Assembly (NCBI GenBank): GCA_965214405.1
Contig: OZ243956.1
Location: 1,312,001-1,376,000, forward strand
Source of the DNA: Trueperaceae bacterium
GTDB lineage: Bacteria; Deinococcota; Deinococci; Deinococcales; Trueperaceae
Length of the DNA stretch: 64,000 nucleotides
Reading direction: 5' to 3'
In this document: positions 1 to 9,489 of the stretch, piece after piece
How positions within the stretch are numbered: position 1 is the first letter of the stretch
How the letters are laid out: every line of letters starts with the position of its first letter
Translations under genes and position numbers: made by a program
The notes under the pieces: generated by a model
What the model was told of the DNA's origin: nothing
The model's database searches: none
Seen by the model: the letters and a program-made list of their open reading frames with translations, nothing else

Positions 1-546
1 CAGTTCGCTGGGAATTGTCATCATAAACTGGCGCATCATAAAAATGCCGTACCAGGTAATCAGAAAGGGCAAGATGAGCGCCGCGTAGGTGCCCAACAGC
101 CCCGTGCCGCCCTCACCCAACAAACCGTTGCCACCCGCGAGGGGCCAAAAACGCATGAGGAAAAACATCGGGATGATAAAGAGAAAAAAGGGAAACATCT
201 GCGCGGACAAGACGCCCCGGAACATCCAGTTGCGCCCCCGAAACTGGTATTTGGCGAGCGCAAAGCCCGCCATCGTGCTCGTGAGAAGCTGCAAAAAGGT
301 GATGCTCACGGTGACGATAACGCTGTTCATGTACCACTTGCCGACAGGCAAGCTCCTGAACACCTCGGCGTAAACTCCCCACTGCGGGTCGGAGGGCCAA
401 AAAACGGGCGGCTGCACAAAGCGCTCGGCGGGCGTCCGCAGCGCGCCCACGAACATCTCCACAAAAGGCAGGAGCATCAAAAAGCCTCCCAACGCGAGGA
501 GCCCGTACTTGACGACGCTCCCCAATATCCACATGCGCCTACTCAT
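1..546 (-). CDS. Carbohydrate ABC transporter permease (MalG-like), truncated by window edge
   Basis: Not in ORF track. Hand-translated from ATG at 546: MSRRMWILGSVVKYGLLALGGFLMLLPFVEM...NSVIVTVSITFLQLLTSTMAGFALAKYQFRG...GIFMMRQFMMTIPSEL. Follows a MalF-like permease. Confidence 0.9.
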   Translation of the reverse strand, partial: MSRRMWILGSVVKYGLLALGGFLMLLPFVEMFVGALRTPAERFVQPPVFWPSDPQWGVYAEVFRSLPVGKWYMNSVIVTVSITFLQLLTSTMAGFALAKYQFRGRNWMFRGVLSAQMFPFFLFIIPMFFLMRFWPLAGGNGLLGEGGTGLLGTYAALILPFLITWYGIFMMRQFMMTIPSEL

Positions 547-615
547 CGTTCTCCCCTCATCACCCTCACCTTACGCGCCAGCTTTAGAGGAGCGAAGGTG
601 GAAAAATTCATCTCG

Positions 616-643
616 ACTTCCCACTCGGTACTGGGTACTCGTT
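616..643. repeat. 7-bp-period degenerate tandem repeat (ACTnnnn units)
   Basis: ACTTCCC ACTCGGT ACTGGGT ACTCGTT, same family as 6592, 8187, 41119 and 49374. Confidence 0.55.
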
Positions 644-687
644 CTCCCTCACCTCAACCGATTCTGCGCCCGCACAACACAAGATAC

Positions 688-1623
688 TCAGTACGCCTCG
701 GTGCCGCCCCGCCGGAAGATGCGCAGTTGCACCAGGGTGATGATAAAAATCACCACAAAGAGAATGAACGCCGCCGCCGACGCGCGGCCCATGCGCAAGT
801 CGGTAAAGGCCGTTTGGTACATGTAGAGCGCGGTCACGTTGGTGCTCTGCACCGGGCCGCCATTAGTTAAGACCAGAATAAGCGCGAAAGACGACCCCAT
901 CGCGGCGATAAACGAGGTGATGCTGACAAAAAGGAGCGTCGGGCGAATCATCGGGACGGTCAGGTGCCAAAAGAGTTGAAAGGTGTTGGCCCCGTCCACC
1001 TTGGCGGCGTTGTAAAACGTATCGTCGATGCCCTCTAAACCAGCGGAAAAGAGCAACATGTTCTGTCCCAAGCCGTACCAAATAGCCACGATAATCACCG
1101 CCCACATCGCCACCGAGGGGTCGCCGAGCCAGTTAGGGCCGACGATGCCGAACCAGCCCAAAATCCGGTTGATGAGCCCGCCGTTACCCTTCAAAATAAA
1201 CTGCCAGAGAAAACCGATCGCCGCGACGTTGGTAATCATCGGCAGAAAGTAGAGCGAGCGCCAGAACGCTTTGTAGCGGCTCTGGGTAAAGACGAACGCC
1301 AGCACGAGCGCGAGCGGGACGCCGATAAGCACGCTGCCGAAGGCGAACTCGAGCGTATACACAACCGAATTGAGAAAGGTCGCGTCCTGAAAAAGGTAGC
1401 GGTAATTGCTCAGCCCGATAAACTTGGGCGTCGAGAGCGGGTTCCAGCGCGTGAAGGTGAGGTAGAGCGAAAAGCCGGTCGGCAGCAGGAAAAAAACGAC
1501 GAAAAATAGAAGCGTCGGCGCGAGAAAAACATAAGGTGCCCAGTCTTTTTGCTGGATGCGCCGCCGCCTGCGCCCTTTGGGGGCCGCAGGAACAGCGACG
1601 TCACCTATAGGTTTGGTAGCCAT
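688..1623 (-). CDS. Carbohydrate ABC transporter permease (MalF-like)
   Basis: Multiple TM segments, EAA-like loop YNAAKVDGA, ITSFIAAMG..F..ILVLTNGGP motif. Confidence 0.93.
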   Translation of the reverse strand: MATKPIGDVAVPAAPKGRRRRRIQQKDWAPYVFLAPTLLFFVVFFLLPTGFSLYLTFTRWNPLSTPKFIGLSNYRYLFQDATFLNSVVYTLEFAFGSVLIGVPLALVLAFVFTQSRYKAFWRSLYFLPMITNVAAIGFLWQFILKGNGGLINRILGWFGIVGPNWLGDPSVAMWAVIIVAIWYGLGQNMLLFSAGLEGIDDTFYNAAKVDGANTFQLFWHLTVPMIRPTLLFVSITSFIAAMGSSFALILVLTNGGPVQSTNVTALYMYQTAFTDLRMGRASAAAFILFVVIFIITLVQLRIFRRGGTEAY

Positions 1624-1754
1624 CGGCTCTTGTCAACGTCCATAGCAGTAGCCTCTTTCGCACCCTTTGACGATGAAATTTGTGATGTGAGGTGTGGGGT
1701 TTTCGTCGTGCTTGCGTTACAAGATTGAGTCGTACCGTACTCGCCTACAAATGC

Positions 1755-1791
1755 AAAAATAAAGAGAGTTTCGGACAAATCCGAAACTCTC
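1755..1791 (-). terminator. Intrinsic terminator or stabilising hairpin after the solute-binding protein gene
   Basis: Perfect 12-bp stem GAGAGTTTCGGA-caaa-TCCGAAACTCTC (1764-1791), followed on the minus strand by TTTATTTTTG. Confidence 0.8.
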
Positions 1792-1801
1792 CTCTGTTCG
1801 T

Positions 1802-3073
1802 TTAGTAGTACTCCGCCAAGATGCCGCTGATTTCGCCATCCGCCTGCGTAAGCGCGTCTTCAGGGCTCAGCTCGCCGCGCCAGGCGCGTTCGATGTAGGT
1901 CTGCAAAATCCGCTCGATTTCGCTCGCTTGCACCACGTTGGGCTCGGTGGTGGAGCGGTCTAACGCGTCTGCAAAGGGCGCGGTGAAGAAGTCGCCGAGT
2001 TCGGCTTGCGCGTTGTCAATGTCGGTCTCGTTCGCGGTCAGCGCGCCTAAGTCCACGAGCATCCGGCCCATACAGGAGGGCTGGCCCTCTTCTTGCGAGG
2101 AGTTGAGCCACTGCAAAAAGGCCCAGGCTTCGTCCTGCACGTCGCTGTTGCCGTCTACCGCGTAAAAGAACGCGTACTGCAGGCTCTGCCAGTCTTCGCC
2201 CTGCGGAATCTGGCTTATGCCCACCGTCTCCTCGAACGCATCCCCAAAGGCGGCCTCGAGTTGCGACTCGAGCCACACCGGCGAAATCTGCATCGCCACC
2301 AAACCGCTGTTAAAGTCGTCCACGGTCAGGCTCGGCGTGGCCGCGTCCTGTTGAAAAAGCGCCACTTGCTGCGTCAGCGCCTCTACCGCCTCGGGCGATG
2401 TGAGGTTGGTCGCGGAAAAGTCGTCGGTAAATAGGCTCTGACCCTTAGAGTAAAGCAGCGTCAGGAATGGGTGTACCACCTCGGCGGTGGTCGTGCCCGC
2501 CGCGTAGCCCGCTTGAGTGATTTGTCCCTGGGCGTCTGTTTTGGTCGCCGCTTGCGCGACTTCCTCTAGTTCGGCCCAGGTCGTCGGCGGCGCGTCGTAA
2601 CCGGCCTCTTGCAGGAGTTGTTTATTGTAAATAAGTAGGTAGTTACTCACCTCGGTAGGGACGCCCCATAGCTGCCCCTGAATGCTCGCGGCGTCCACCG
2701 TGCTGGCGACGTAATTGTCCTGGACGAAAGAAACAATATCATCGGGCGGCGTCGCCAGGACGCCGTTCTCGACAAGCTGCGCGCCCCAGATGGAATAAAC
2801 GTGGTAGATATCGGGCGACTGACCGCCCAAGCGGGAAGTCAGGATGGTCTGCAAATAATCCCCGTAGGTAATCTGCTGATGCTCAATGATAATACCCGGA
2901 TTCTGTGATTCGTAGGCCCTGAAGCAGGGCTCGAGCACCGCGATGCTCTCGGGCGGATAGTGCGTCGCCAGCGTGACGGTCTGCGCGAACGCCGCCGTCA
3001 CAAACGTCATCAGTGACGCCAGCAGGAGCACCCCAGCCAGCCAATACGTTCTCACCGTTGATTTTTCCCTCAT
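1802..3073 (-). CDS. Sugar ABC transporter extracellular solute-binding protein
   Basis: Signal peptide ending AFA-Q, LIYNKQLLQEAG..PPTTWAEL, EAWAFLQWL; upstream of two permeases. Confidence 0.92.
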   Translation of the reverse strand: MREKSTVRTYWLAGVLLLASLMTFVTAAFAQTVTLATHYPPESIAVLEPCFRAYESQNPGIIIEHQQITYGDYLQTILTSRLGGQSPDIYHVYSIWGAQLVENGVLATPPDDIVSFVQDNYVASTVDAASIQGQLWGVPTEVSNYLLIYNKQLLQEAGYDAPPTTWAELEEVAQAATKTDAQGQITQAGYAAGTTTAEVVHPFLTLLYSKGQSLFTDDFSATNLTSPEAVEALTQQVALFQQDAATPSLTVDDFNSGLVAMQISPVWLESQLEAAFGDAFEETVGISQIPQGEDWQSLQYAFFYAVDGNSDVQDEAWAFLQWLNSSQEEGQPSCMGRMLVDLGALTANETDIDNAQAELGDFFTAPFADALDRSTTEPNVVQASEIERILQTYIERAWRGELSPEDALTQADGEISGILAEYY

Positions 3074-3102
3074 CAAAGTTTTCCTTTCCTCTTCTTGTAG
3101 AA

Positions 3103-3118
3103 TGTTATAGCGTTATCA
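3103..3118. promoter_or_regulatory. Possible LacI-family operator
   Basis: Imperfect palindrome TGTTATAGCGTTATCA around a central CG, 30 bp upstream of a sugar ABC operon. Confidence 0.35.
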
Positions 3119-3305
3119 TGCAATAATTCACATCCCAAAACAGTCGCCCACCCCCCCTTCTCCTGCTCGTGGGGAGTGGTAGCAGGAGGAGTTTGCTGGT
3201 TTGGGAGGTAGGCGAGAGAAGAAAAAAGTGAGGATGCGGGGCGCGGGTCTTGTGGCAGTCCTTGCGAGGTTGAAGGCGTTCGTAAATAGCCGATGCCAAT
3301 ACGAT

Positions 3306-4529
3306 TTAGCCCAGCATCATCCGCTTCATCCACCTCGAGGGGTCTTTAATTTCGGCCAGCGTCGGCAGGTTTTCGGGTCTCTCCCAGACGCGGTTCATAA
3401 ACGCAATTCCTTGCGCTTTGACTACGGCATTTACAAAAGCCTCGCCCTGGCGGTACTGCGCCTTTTTGAGTTCCATCCCGGTAAGGCGGTCGAAGAGGTC
3501 CAGCAGCAACGACGGGTTCGCGCGTCGCGCCCTGACTCGAGCCTCGATAAGGTTGAAACTCGGCAGGATGCGGGTGCCGACCGCGTTCATGATGTGTTCG
3601 GCGTAGCCCTCGACAAGCGACATGAGCGCCTGAAGCTCGTCTAGTACCGCGCGTTCTTCGGGGGTTAAAAAGCGCTCGAGCAGTCCCCCATTAGAGCGCA
3701 GGAGCCCAGAGAGAACGTCCAGCGGACGCGTCTGGGGCGTGACCAAGCGCGCCGAGAGCTTGGCTATGAAACGGTTTAGGAGCCCGCTAAAGTGAGGACG
3801 CACCCAGGAAAAACTCTCGAACTGAAACGCGTGCGTGGTCTCGTGCAGCGCAATCCAGAGTCGGAAGTCCTCGCCCGTTAGGCCCAGCTCTTGCTCAAGC
3901 TTAGCGATGTTCGGCTCCACAAAAAGGAGCGCGCCGGGCGCACTCTCCTGTGTAGCGTCGTCGGGCGATAAGAGGCTCAAGTCGTACTGGCCGAGCACGC
4001 GCCGCGCGAGAAAGCCCAGCAGGCCGCCCATCTCGACCCCAGCCACCCGGCGACCTACCTCGCCCACCTCCGCGAGCCGCCCCTGGGTTCCGAGCCCGGC
4101 GAGCAGCGAGGTGAACAGGCCCTCGAGCGACGCAAAATTGGCCTCCACCCACTCACGGCGGTCCACGACGCGCACGCGCCCTGTCGTCTCCGGCAGTTCC
4201 GCCCCCAGGTACTCCGCGATGAGCGGTTCGCTCCGCGCGACTAAGTCCGCGTACTGCGCCTCGCGCATGGCGCGAGCGGGCACGCCCGCGTCCTCCCAGC
4301 CCGACACGCGCAGGGCCACGCGCCGCGCGAGGGACCAGTCGATGATATCGGCGGGGGTTTGGGCGTTTTTAGCCTGAGGCGGGGCGTAGCGAGCATTCTC
4401 GCGTTCCCGCCGCGTGGCGACGTAGCGCACGCCGTAGCCAGCGGCGACGCCCAGCAGCAGCGCCGATCCGAGGCGCAAGAGACGCTTTTGTGAAGGTGGC
4501 GAAGATAGAGAAGTGTTTGAGTAGGTCAT
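3306..4529 (-). CDS. Zincin-like metalloprotease ('F420 biosynthesis-associated' hydrolase family)
   Basis: WIALHETTHAFQF (HExxH), VLGQYD, MSLVEGYAEHIM, K..QY..GEAFV. Confidence 0.88.
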   Translation of the reverse strand: MTYSNTSLSSPPSQKRLLRLGSALLLGVAAGYGVRYVATRRERENARYAPPQAKNAQTPADIIDWSLARRVALRVSGWEDAGVPARAMREAQYADLVARSEPLIAEYLGAELPETTGRVRVVDRREWVEANFASLEGLFTSLLAGLGTQGRLAEVGEVGRRVAGVEMGGLLGFLARRVLGQYDLSLLSPDDATQESAPGALLFVEPNIAKLEQELGLTGEDFRLWIALHETTHAFQFESFSWVRPHFSGLLNRFIAKLSARLVTPQTRPLDVLSGLLRSNGGLLERFLTPEERAVLDELQALMSLVEGYAEHIMNAVGTRILPSFNLIEARVRARRANPSLLLDLFDRLTGMELKKAQYRQGEAFVNAVVKAQGIAFMNRVWERPENLPTLAEIKDPSRWMKRMMLG

Positions 4530-4634
4530 GGTTCCTTTCTTGTTAGGCGTGATAAATATTGCGTGACATTCTTCCCAAGTGTCCTTACAATCGCGGTAGG
4601 CGTAAAGCGCTCCGACATCTAAAAACTAAAGACG

Positions 4635-4862
4635 TTAGCTCTCGCCAAAGCCGAGTTCACCCAAGAGTTCTTCCGCTCGCTCCGCCGTGTCGGTGTGACC
4701 ACTGTCAAAAGCACCTCCACCAGGCGACAAGCCTCTGGGATTCAAAAGATGATTACGCAGCGCCTCCCGGATCACCTCAACCGTCGGCCTCTTTTGCCGC
4801 AGCGCCTCGAGCCTGAGCAAGATTTCCGGTTCTGAGTCGAGATGAGTAGTGACGCGTTTCAT
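4635..4862 (-). CDS. CopG/RHH-type (VapB-like) antitoxin or regulator, orphan
   Basis: MKRVTTHLD...VEVIREALRNHL...GGGAFDSGHTDTAERAEELL; start reassigned to ATG 4862. Confidence 0.65.
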   Translation of the reverse strand: MKRVTTHLDSEPEILLRLEALRQKRPTVEVIREALRNHLLNPRGLSPGGGAFDSGHTDTAERAEELLGELGFGES

Positions 4863-4946
4863 GGTCACGTTAGTGTATACGCCTTTGTAAGGGGGAAAGT
4901 AGCGCGCCCATACAGCAAACGCCGAAGCCAAACGTATCCTGCTCCA

Positions 4947-5288
4947 GTGAGCTACATTTTCCACATTACCCACCGCTCGAGCTGGGAAAAGGCGCTTCAA
5001 AAGGGTTTCTATGAAGCGGCGTCCTTACATACCGAGGGCTTTATTCACTGCTCGACGCTCACACAAGTGACCCGAGTGGCAAACTTTTTGTACAAGGGTC
5101 AGGCGGATTTGGTTTTGTTAAAGATTGACCCTGTGAGGCTCGAGGCGCCCGTGAGGTATGAAGCGCCTGAGAACGGCGAAGAGAAGTTTCCGCACATCTA
5201 TGGGACGCTGAACGCTAACGCGGTTGAAGGGGTTTTGAATTTTCCTCCAGAGCCGGACGGTACGTTTTTCCTACCGCTCGAGGCGTAG
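4947..5288 (+). CDS. DUF952 family protein
   Basis: IFHIT..SWE, SLHTEGFIHCS, FPHIYGTLN; start moved to GTG 4947. Confidence 0.85.
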   Translation: MSYIFHITHRSSWEKALQKGFYEAASLHTEGFIHCSTLTQVTRVANFLYKGQADLVLLKIDPVRLEAPVRYEAPENGEEKFPHIYGTLNANAVEGVLNFPPEPDGTFFLPLEA

Positions 5289-5373
5289 CCTCCGTACAAA
5301 CCTTGATTCCGCGTGCAGTGAGGGTGCTTCTCAAAAACAGAAGCCCCCACCTCTCCCCTGTTATGCTCCTAAA

Positions 5374-6540
5374 GTGACGGAACGCAGCATCACCCGGAGG
5401 CGCGTGGGCGAGAAACCCGAAGTCGTTATCGGCTGGCTCTTGGCTGCCGATTTGCGCGACGCCAAGCTGCTAGCGGCCTATGAGGAGGCGCGCTCGCGGC
5501 TGCAAGCGCTGTTACAAAACCAGTTTCCCGAATTTGACTGGCGGATGCCCTTTGTCGAGCGGCGCACCTTTTCGCCGCGGGGGGCCTTAAAGCTCTTGCC
5601 ACTCTTGGAAGCGGGCGCGGAAGAAAAACTCTACCGCCGCTGGGACTTTGCGCTCGTGGTGGTGCCCAACGATTTAGCGCCCCGCCGCCGCATCCGCACC
5701 CTCGGTGTGCCCTCGTCGGCCTTGGAGGTGGCGGCTTTATCAAGCGCCCTCCTCGGCTCGGGTGAGGGATTAGTCGAGCGCACTGCCGCCTTGGCGCTGC
5801 ACCTTTTGGGTCACCTGTTGGGCTTTGAAACGGCGGACGAGGGGGAGGGACCCATGCGCGCGCCCGAACCCGATACGCTGCGGCTCGAGCCCTTCCCCGA
5901 CGCGCAGCGCGAGGAGGTGTTGGAGCGCCTGCATGAAGTGACCGACGTGAGGCTGGAAGAAAAAGCTACCCGCTGGAACGCCTTTTCGTTCTACTGGCAC
6001 GCGCTCCTGGCCGACCCCTTTTCTATTGTGCGCAGCATCGTCGGTTACGCGCCCTGGCGCATCCCGCTCTACTTAGGCCGCCTCACCGCGACGGTGGCGG
6101 TGTCGCTCCTCTTTTTGCTCCTCACCGCCGAATCCTGGGAGGCGGGCGCGCATATCCGCGCCCCTTGGCTGGGTGTCGGGGTGGCGGCGTCGGTGGTGGC
6201 GGCGAGTCTCTTTGTTTTCTTTGGTCAGCACTTGGACCAGGTGGGCCGCGGTCGCGGCTGGAGCGAGCAGATGGCGCGCTCGAGGATCGTCCTTTTGGGC
6301 ACGCTCTTCGTGGGGATGGTGTCGCTCTGGCTGGTGCTCTTCGTTATCCTCTTCATCGTCTCGCTCGCGCTACCCGTGAACGTGACCGCAGGGTGGGCAG
6401 GGTTTGAGCCCGCCACTCTGCCGCGCGTCAAATATGTCGCGTTCATGGCCTCAATCGGCATCCTCGCCGCGGCGCTCGGCGGAAATTTAGAAGAGGAGGA
6501 CGCGATCAAGGCCGAACTCTTTTTTGATGAGGAGGTTTGA
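5374..6540 (+). CDS. Hypothetical membrane protein (soluble N-domain with degenerate zincin-like motif, ~4 C-terminal TM helices)
   Basis: 388-aa ORF with HLLGHLLG and a hydrophobic C-terminal half; TATGCT 6 nt before the GTG. Confidence 0.7.
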   Translation: MTERSITRRRVGEKPEVVIGWLLAADLRDAKLLAAYEEARSRLQALLQNQFPEFDWRMPFVERRTFSPRGALKLLPLLEAGAEEKLYRRWDFALVVVPNDLAPRRRIRTLGVPSSALEVAALSSALLGSGEGLVERTAALALHLLGHLLGFETADEGEGPMRAPEPDTLRLEPFPDAQREEVLERLHEVTDVRLEEKATRWNAFSFYWHALLADPFSIVRSIVGYAPWRIPLYLGRLTATVAVSLLFLLLTAESWEAGAHIRAPWLGVGVAASVVAASLFVFFGQHLDQVGRGRGWSEQMARSRIVLLGTLFVGMVSLWLVLFVILFIVSLALPVNVTAGWAGFEPATLPRVKYVAFMASIGILAAALGGNLEEEDAIKAELFFDEEV

Positions 6541-6591
6541 GGGCGCGGGGACGGTCGCGTATGCTCACGCGTTAGCCAGTAGAGCTAAAAA

Positions 6592-6626
6592 AGTATCGAG
6601 TACCGAGTGAAAAGTGCTGAGTAGAG
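6592..6626. repeat. 7-bp-period degenerate tandem repeat (AGTnnnn)
   Basis: AGTATCG AGTACCG AGTGAAA AGTGCTG AGTAGAG between convergent genes. Confidence 0.7.
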
Positions 6627-6676
6627 TCAAAAACCTTTTCTCCCCATCTCCTATCTCCTCCGCTCCCCACCTCGGC

Positions 6677-8089
6677 TCACGGTGCCTCTTCCTCCTCAAT
6701 CAGCCTGTCGACCTTCTCCACATACGCCTTTGGCTTGGCTTTGCGTTTCAGGCCCTCCGCGGACATGTAGCGGACCTTGCCGAAGACCGCGCGTTCTTGC
6801 CAAGGGCGGTCGTGCTGGCCGAAAACCCAGGCCACGTTGGCGAACGAGTTGGCGTCGCGGCCATCCAAGAAATATTTGTTGTTGAGGTAAAGCGTCGTCT
6901 GGTGTGCGTATTCGGGGGTGTTGGTCCACTCGAGAATCTTCTTGCCCCAGTACATCCGCATGTAGTTGTGCATGTAACCCGTAAAACGCATCTCGCGCAT
7001 CGCCGCGTTCCAGTAGGGGTCGTGCGTCTGGGCGCTTTCAAGTTGCTCCCGCGTATATATATAGTGCCGCTCGTCGTCGCGGTGCTCGGCCAGGGTCTTT
7101 TTGGCCCAGTCAGGGAGGCACGTGTAGGAATCATAATCGGGCTCGTAATACACAAAGTTCATGGGCAACTCGCGGCGCACGATAACTTCTTCTAGGTACG
7201 TCTCGATATTCTCTTCCGACGCGTTCGCCTCGCGGACGCGGAGCGCCAAGTACACGGGCGAAATCTGGCCGAAGTGCAGGTATTTGCTCATGTGCGACAC
7301 GTCCGAAGTCTGGGGCTGGTTGCGGTTGTCGGCGTAGTCGCTAAAGCGCGCCTCTAAAAACTCGTCCAGCCATTCTTTGGCCCTGGTGGTGCCGCCCTCA
7401 AAAAACTGGCTCACGGGTTCGACGCTGCGGTCGAGTTTCATCGAGCCCAGCAGCGCGTCTAAGTCGCTCAGGTCGAAACCGTCTTTGAAATCTTTCTTTA
7501 GACTCAGCGAAGGTTCTTTTAATGTGACCTCGGGCAACTCGACGAGAAACCGCTGGAGATGTTTTTTGAGTTTGGGCCGCAGCGTGCGCGCCGCGTACTC
7601 CTTTTTATCCGAGGCCAATTCGACGGGCACCACCACGTCGGACTCGACTTGCATCACGCAGCCCGCGGCCTCCGCGGCGACCCGCTCGCGCCAGGCACGT
7701 TGCGGGCGCAAGTAACCCCGGTCGCAGACGATGAGCGAGGCTCGAGCGCCAAGCTCCAACGCCACCTCGTCGGGCCTTCCCTTACGCAAGACAAAAGGGA
7801 CGCCCCGCTTTTGGAGCGCTTCCTCAACATCTTTAAGGCCCTCGAGCATAAACCTGTAATGCCGCACGTTGGCGTCCGGGTAATCGTCCATCAGCCCAAA
7901 CCCCACGAGCAGCGGTTTGTTCAGCTCGTTGGCTTGGGCAATAGCGTATTCAAGCGCGTGGTTGTACTCGCTACGCTGCGAGCCCTGCATCCAGTAAAAA
8001 ACGTAGTCGCCATCTCGCACGTCTTTTTCGTTAAGCGCCTGAACGCGCTCCTCTTGTAGCCCCTCGAGTCCCGCCACTTTATCCGCCAT
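6677..8089 (-). CDS. phrB: Deoxyribodipyrimidine photolyase, class II
   Basis: YWMQ..QR..YNHAL, SKYLHFGQIS, THDPYWNAA, GYMHNYMRMYWGKKILEW, LDGRDAN, HDRPW. Confidence 0.93.
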   Translation of the reverse strand: MADKVAGLEGLQEERVQALNEKDVRDGDYVFYWMQGSQRSEYNHALEYAIAQANELNKPLLVGFGLMDDYPDANVRHYRFMLEGLKDVEEALQKRGVPFVLRKGRPDEVALELGARASLIVCDRGYLRPQRAWRERVAAEAAGCVMQVESDVVVPVELASDKKEYAARTLRPKLKKHLQRFLVELPEVTLKEPSLSLKKDFKDGFDLSDLDALLGSMKLDRSVEPVSQFFEGGTTRAKEWLDEFLEARFSDYADNRNQPQTSDVSHMSKYLHFGQISPVYLALRVREANASEENIETYLEEVIVRRELPMNFVYYEPDYDSYTCLPDWAKKTLAEHRDDERHYIYTREQLESAQTHDPYWNAAMREMRFTGYMHNYMRMYWGKKILEWTNTPEYAHQTTLYLNNKYFLDGRDANSFANVAWVFGQHDRPWQERAVFGKVRYMSAEGLKRKAKPKAYVEKVDRLIEEEEAP

Positions 8090-8186
8090 GCTTCTAGCCT
8101 ACCGTCCAGGGCGCGCAGCACAGCAAGAGTTGCTACGAAAGGCTGAGCGAAAAAGACCGAGAGGAAAATGTACTAACCTCTCCTCT

Positions 8187-8250
8187 CAGTCCTCGTTACT
8201 TTCTACTCGGTGCTCGGTACTTTTTACTCGGTACTTTCTCACTCCCCACT
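8187..8250. repeat. 7-bp-period degenerate tandem repeat (AGTnnnn on minus strand)
   Basis: Reverse complement reads AGTGGGG AGTGAGA a AGTACCG AGTAAAA AGTACCG AGCACCG AGTAGAA AGTAACG AGGACTG. Confidence 0.75.
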
Positions 8251-8279
8251 TATGCCGAACAAAGCATACGTAACACGGA

Positions 8280-9122
8280 TCAAAGGTAAATCCGGCGATA
8301 ACGCGCCAGCACGAGCGCGAAAATACCGTAGGCGATAAACCCGAGCGCGACGATGCCCAAAAGCCAAGGGCCGTAGGAGGCGCTCGAGAGCTCCCTAAAT
8401 GCCTGACCCAACCCGCCCGCTTGGCTCGGATTGGCCTGAAGCGCCGCCTGAATCAAGAACCAGCCGATCATCGCGTAAACCACACCTCTGGCCGCGAAGC
8501 CGAGCCGCCCGACGCGCGTCGCCCAGGTTTCTTCGGTTTGGCTCATGCGGCTCAGCATGAGTTTTTCTTTGAATTTGGCGCTGTAAGCGCGGTAGAACTG
8601 ATAGAGCCCCACGGCAATCACGATAGCGCCGACGATGCCGACCAGCCACCGGCCGAAAGGCTGCGCCATCAGCCGGGCCGTCCAGTCTTGCGCGCTGCTC
8701 CCGCCGCCACTGCCGCCACTGCTACTCGAGCCCAGCGCGAGCCCCACCGCGGCCACCGCCAAACCCAGATAGATAAGCCCGCTTATCGCAAAACCCGTGC
8801 GTTTCACGAGTCCCTTGGCGTCCGAGCCGTCCCCCTCGGTGTCTTGCGCGGCCATGACGAAGCGCCACAAGGCGTAGCCGAAGAGCCCAATAGCGACGGT
8901 GGCGAGTAGAATTTGTCCGAAGGGCTGCTCGAGGATCGTCCGCAACGCCCCGCGCTGATCCAGCGAACTACTCGAGCCGCCCGACCCGAACGCCGCCGCG
9001 AGCGCGAGGCCGCCGACCACCATGTAGACAACCCCCTTGGCCGCGTAGCCAAAGCGCGCGAGCCACTTCACCCAGGGTTTGGCCCGCTCTTTCGCCTCGT
9101 GCGCTTTTCTTGATGTGCTCAT
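8280..9122 (-). CDS. DUF1206 repeat membrane protein
   Basis: ARFGYAAKGVVY / GRLGFAARGVVY repeats, QPFG..LL. Confidence 0.88.
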   Translation of the reverse strand: MSTSRKAHEAKERAKPWVKWLARFGYAAKGVVYMVVGGLALAAAFGSGGSSSSLDQRGALRTILEQPFGQILLATVAIGLFGYALWRFVMAAQDTEGDGSDAKGLVKRTGFAISGLIYLGLAVAAVGLALGSSSSGGSGGGSSAQDWTARLMAQPFGRWLVGIVGAIVIAVGLYQFYRAYSAKFKEKLMLSRMSQTEETWATRVGRLGFAARGVVYAMIGWFLIQAALQANPSQAGGLGQAFRELSSASYGPWLLGIVALGFIAYGIFALVLARYRRIYL

Positions 9123-9489
9123 TCAGCCTCCCTTTAGTTGATAATTCTCGTTCTGCGTCACGTTTCGGTTTCACTTCGTGCTCGAGAAAGTATAAAGCAT
9201 CCGGCGCGGCCTCCAGGCGACTCGAGCCGCCCGTTACAAAAGCCGATCCACCCATAAAGCTTTAATGAAGAACTGCTCTCATCATCTCGTGACGAATGTG
9301 GAGTATCTTACACGCATCTCAGGATGTTCTCATCAAAGGGGGTGAGGAGAGGTGAAGGCACGGGCTGCGATTTCGTCTTTCTGGAGGGTGGCGTGGGGCG
9401 GCGTGACCGGTAGCTGACGCGTGGGTCAGTCTTTATGGGTGTGGGTCAACAACAAACAATTTGGAATCAGAACGAGAGTTGAGAAGAGG

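Noticed and set aside
6592..8250. CRISPR array suggested by recurring AGTACCGAGT
   Set aside because: Units are 7 bp with no spacers, and there are no cas genes in the window.
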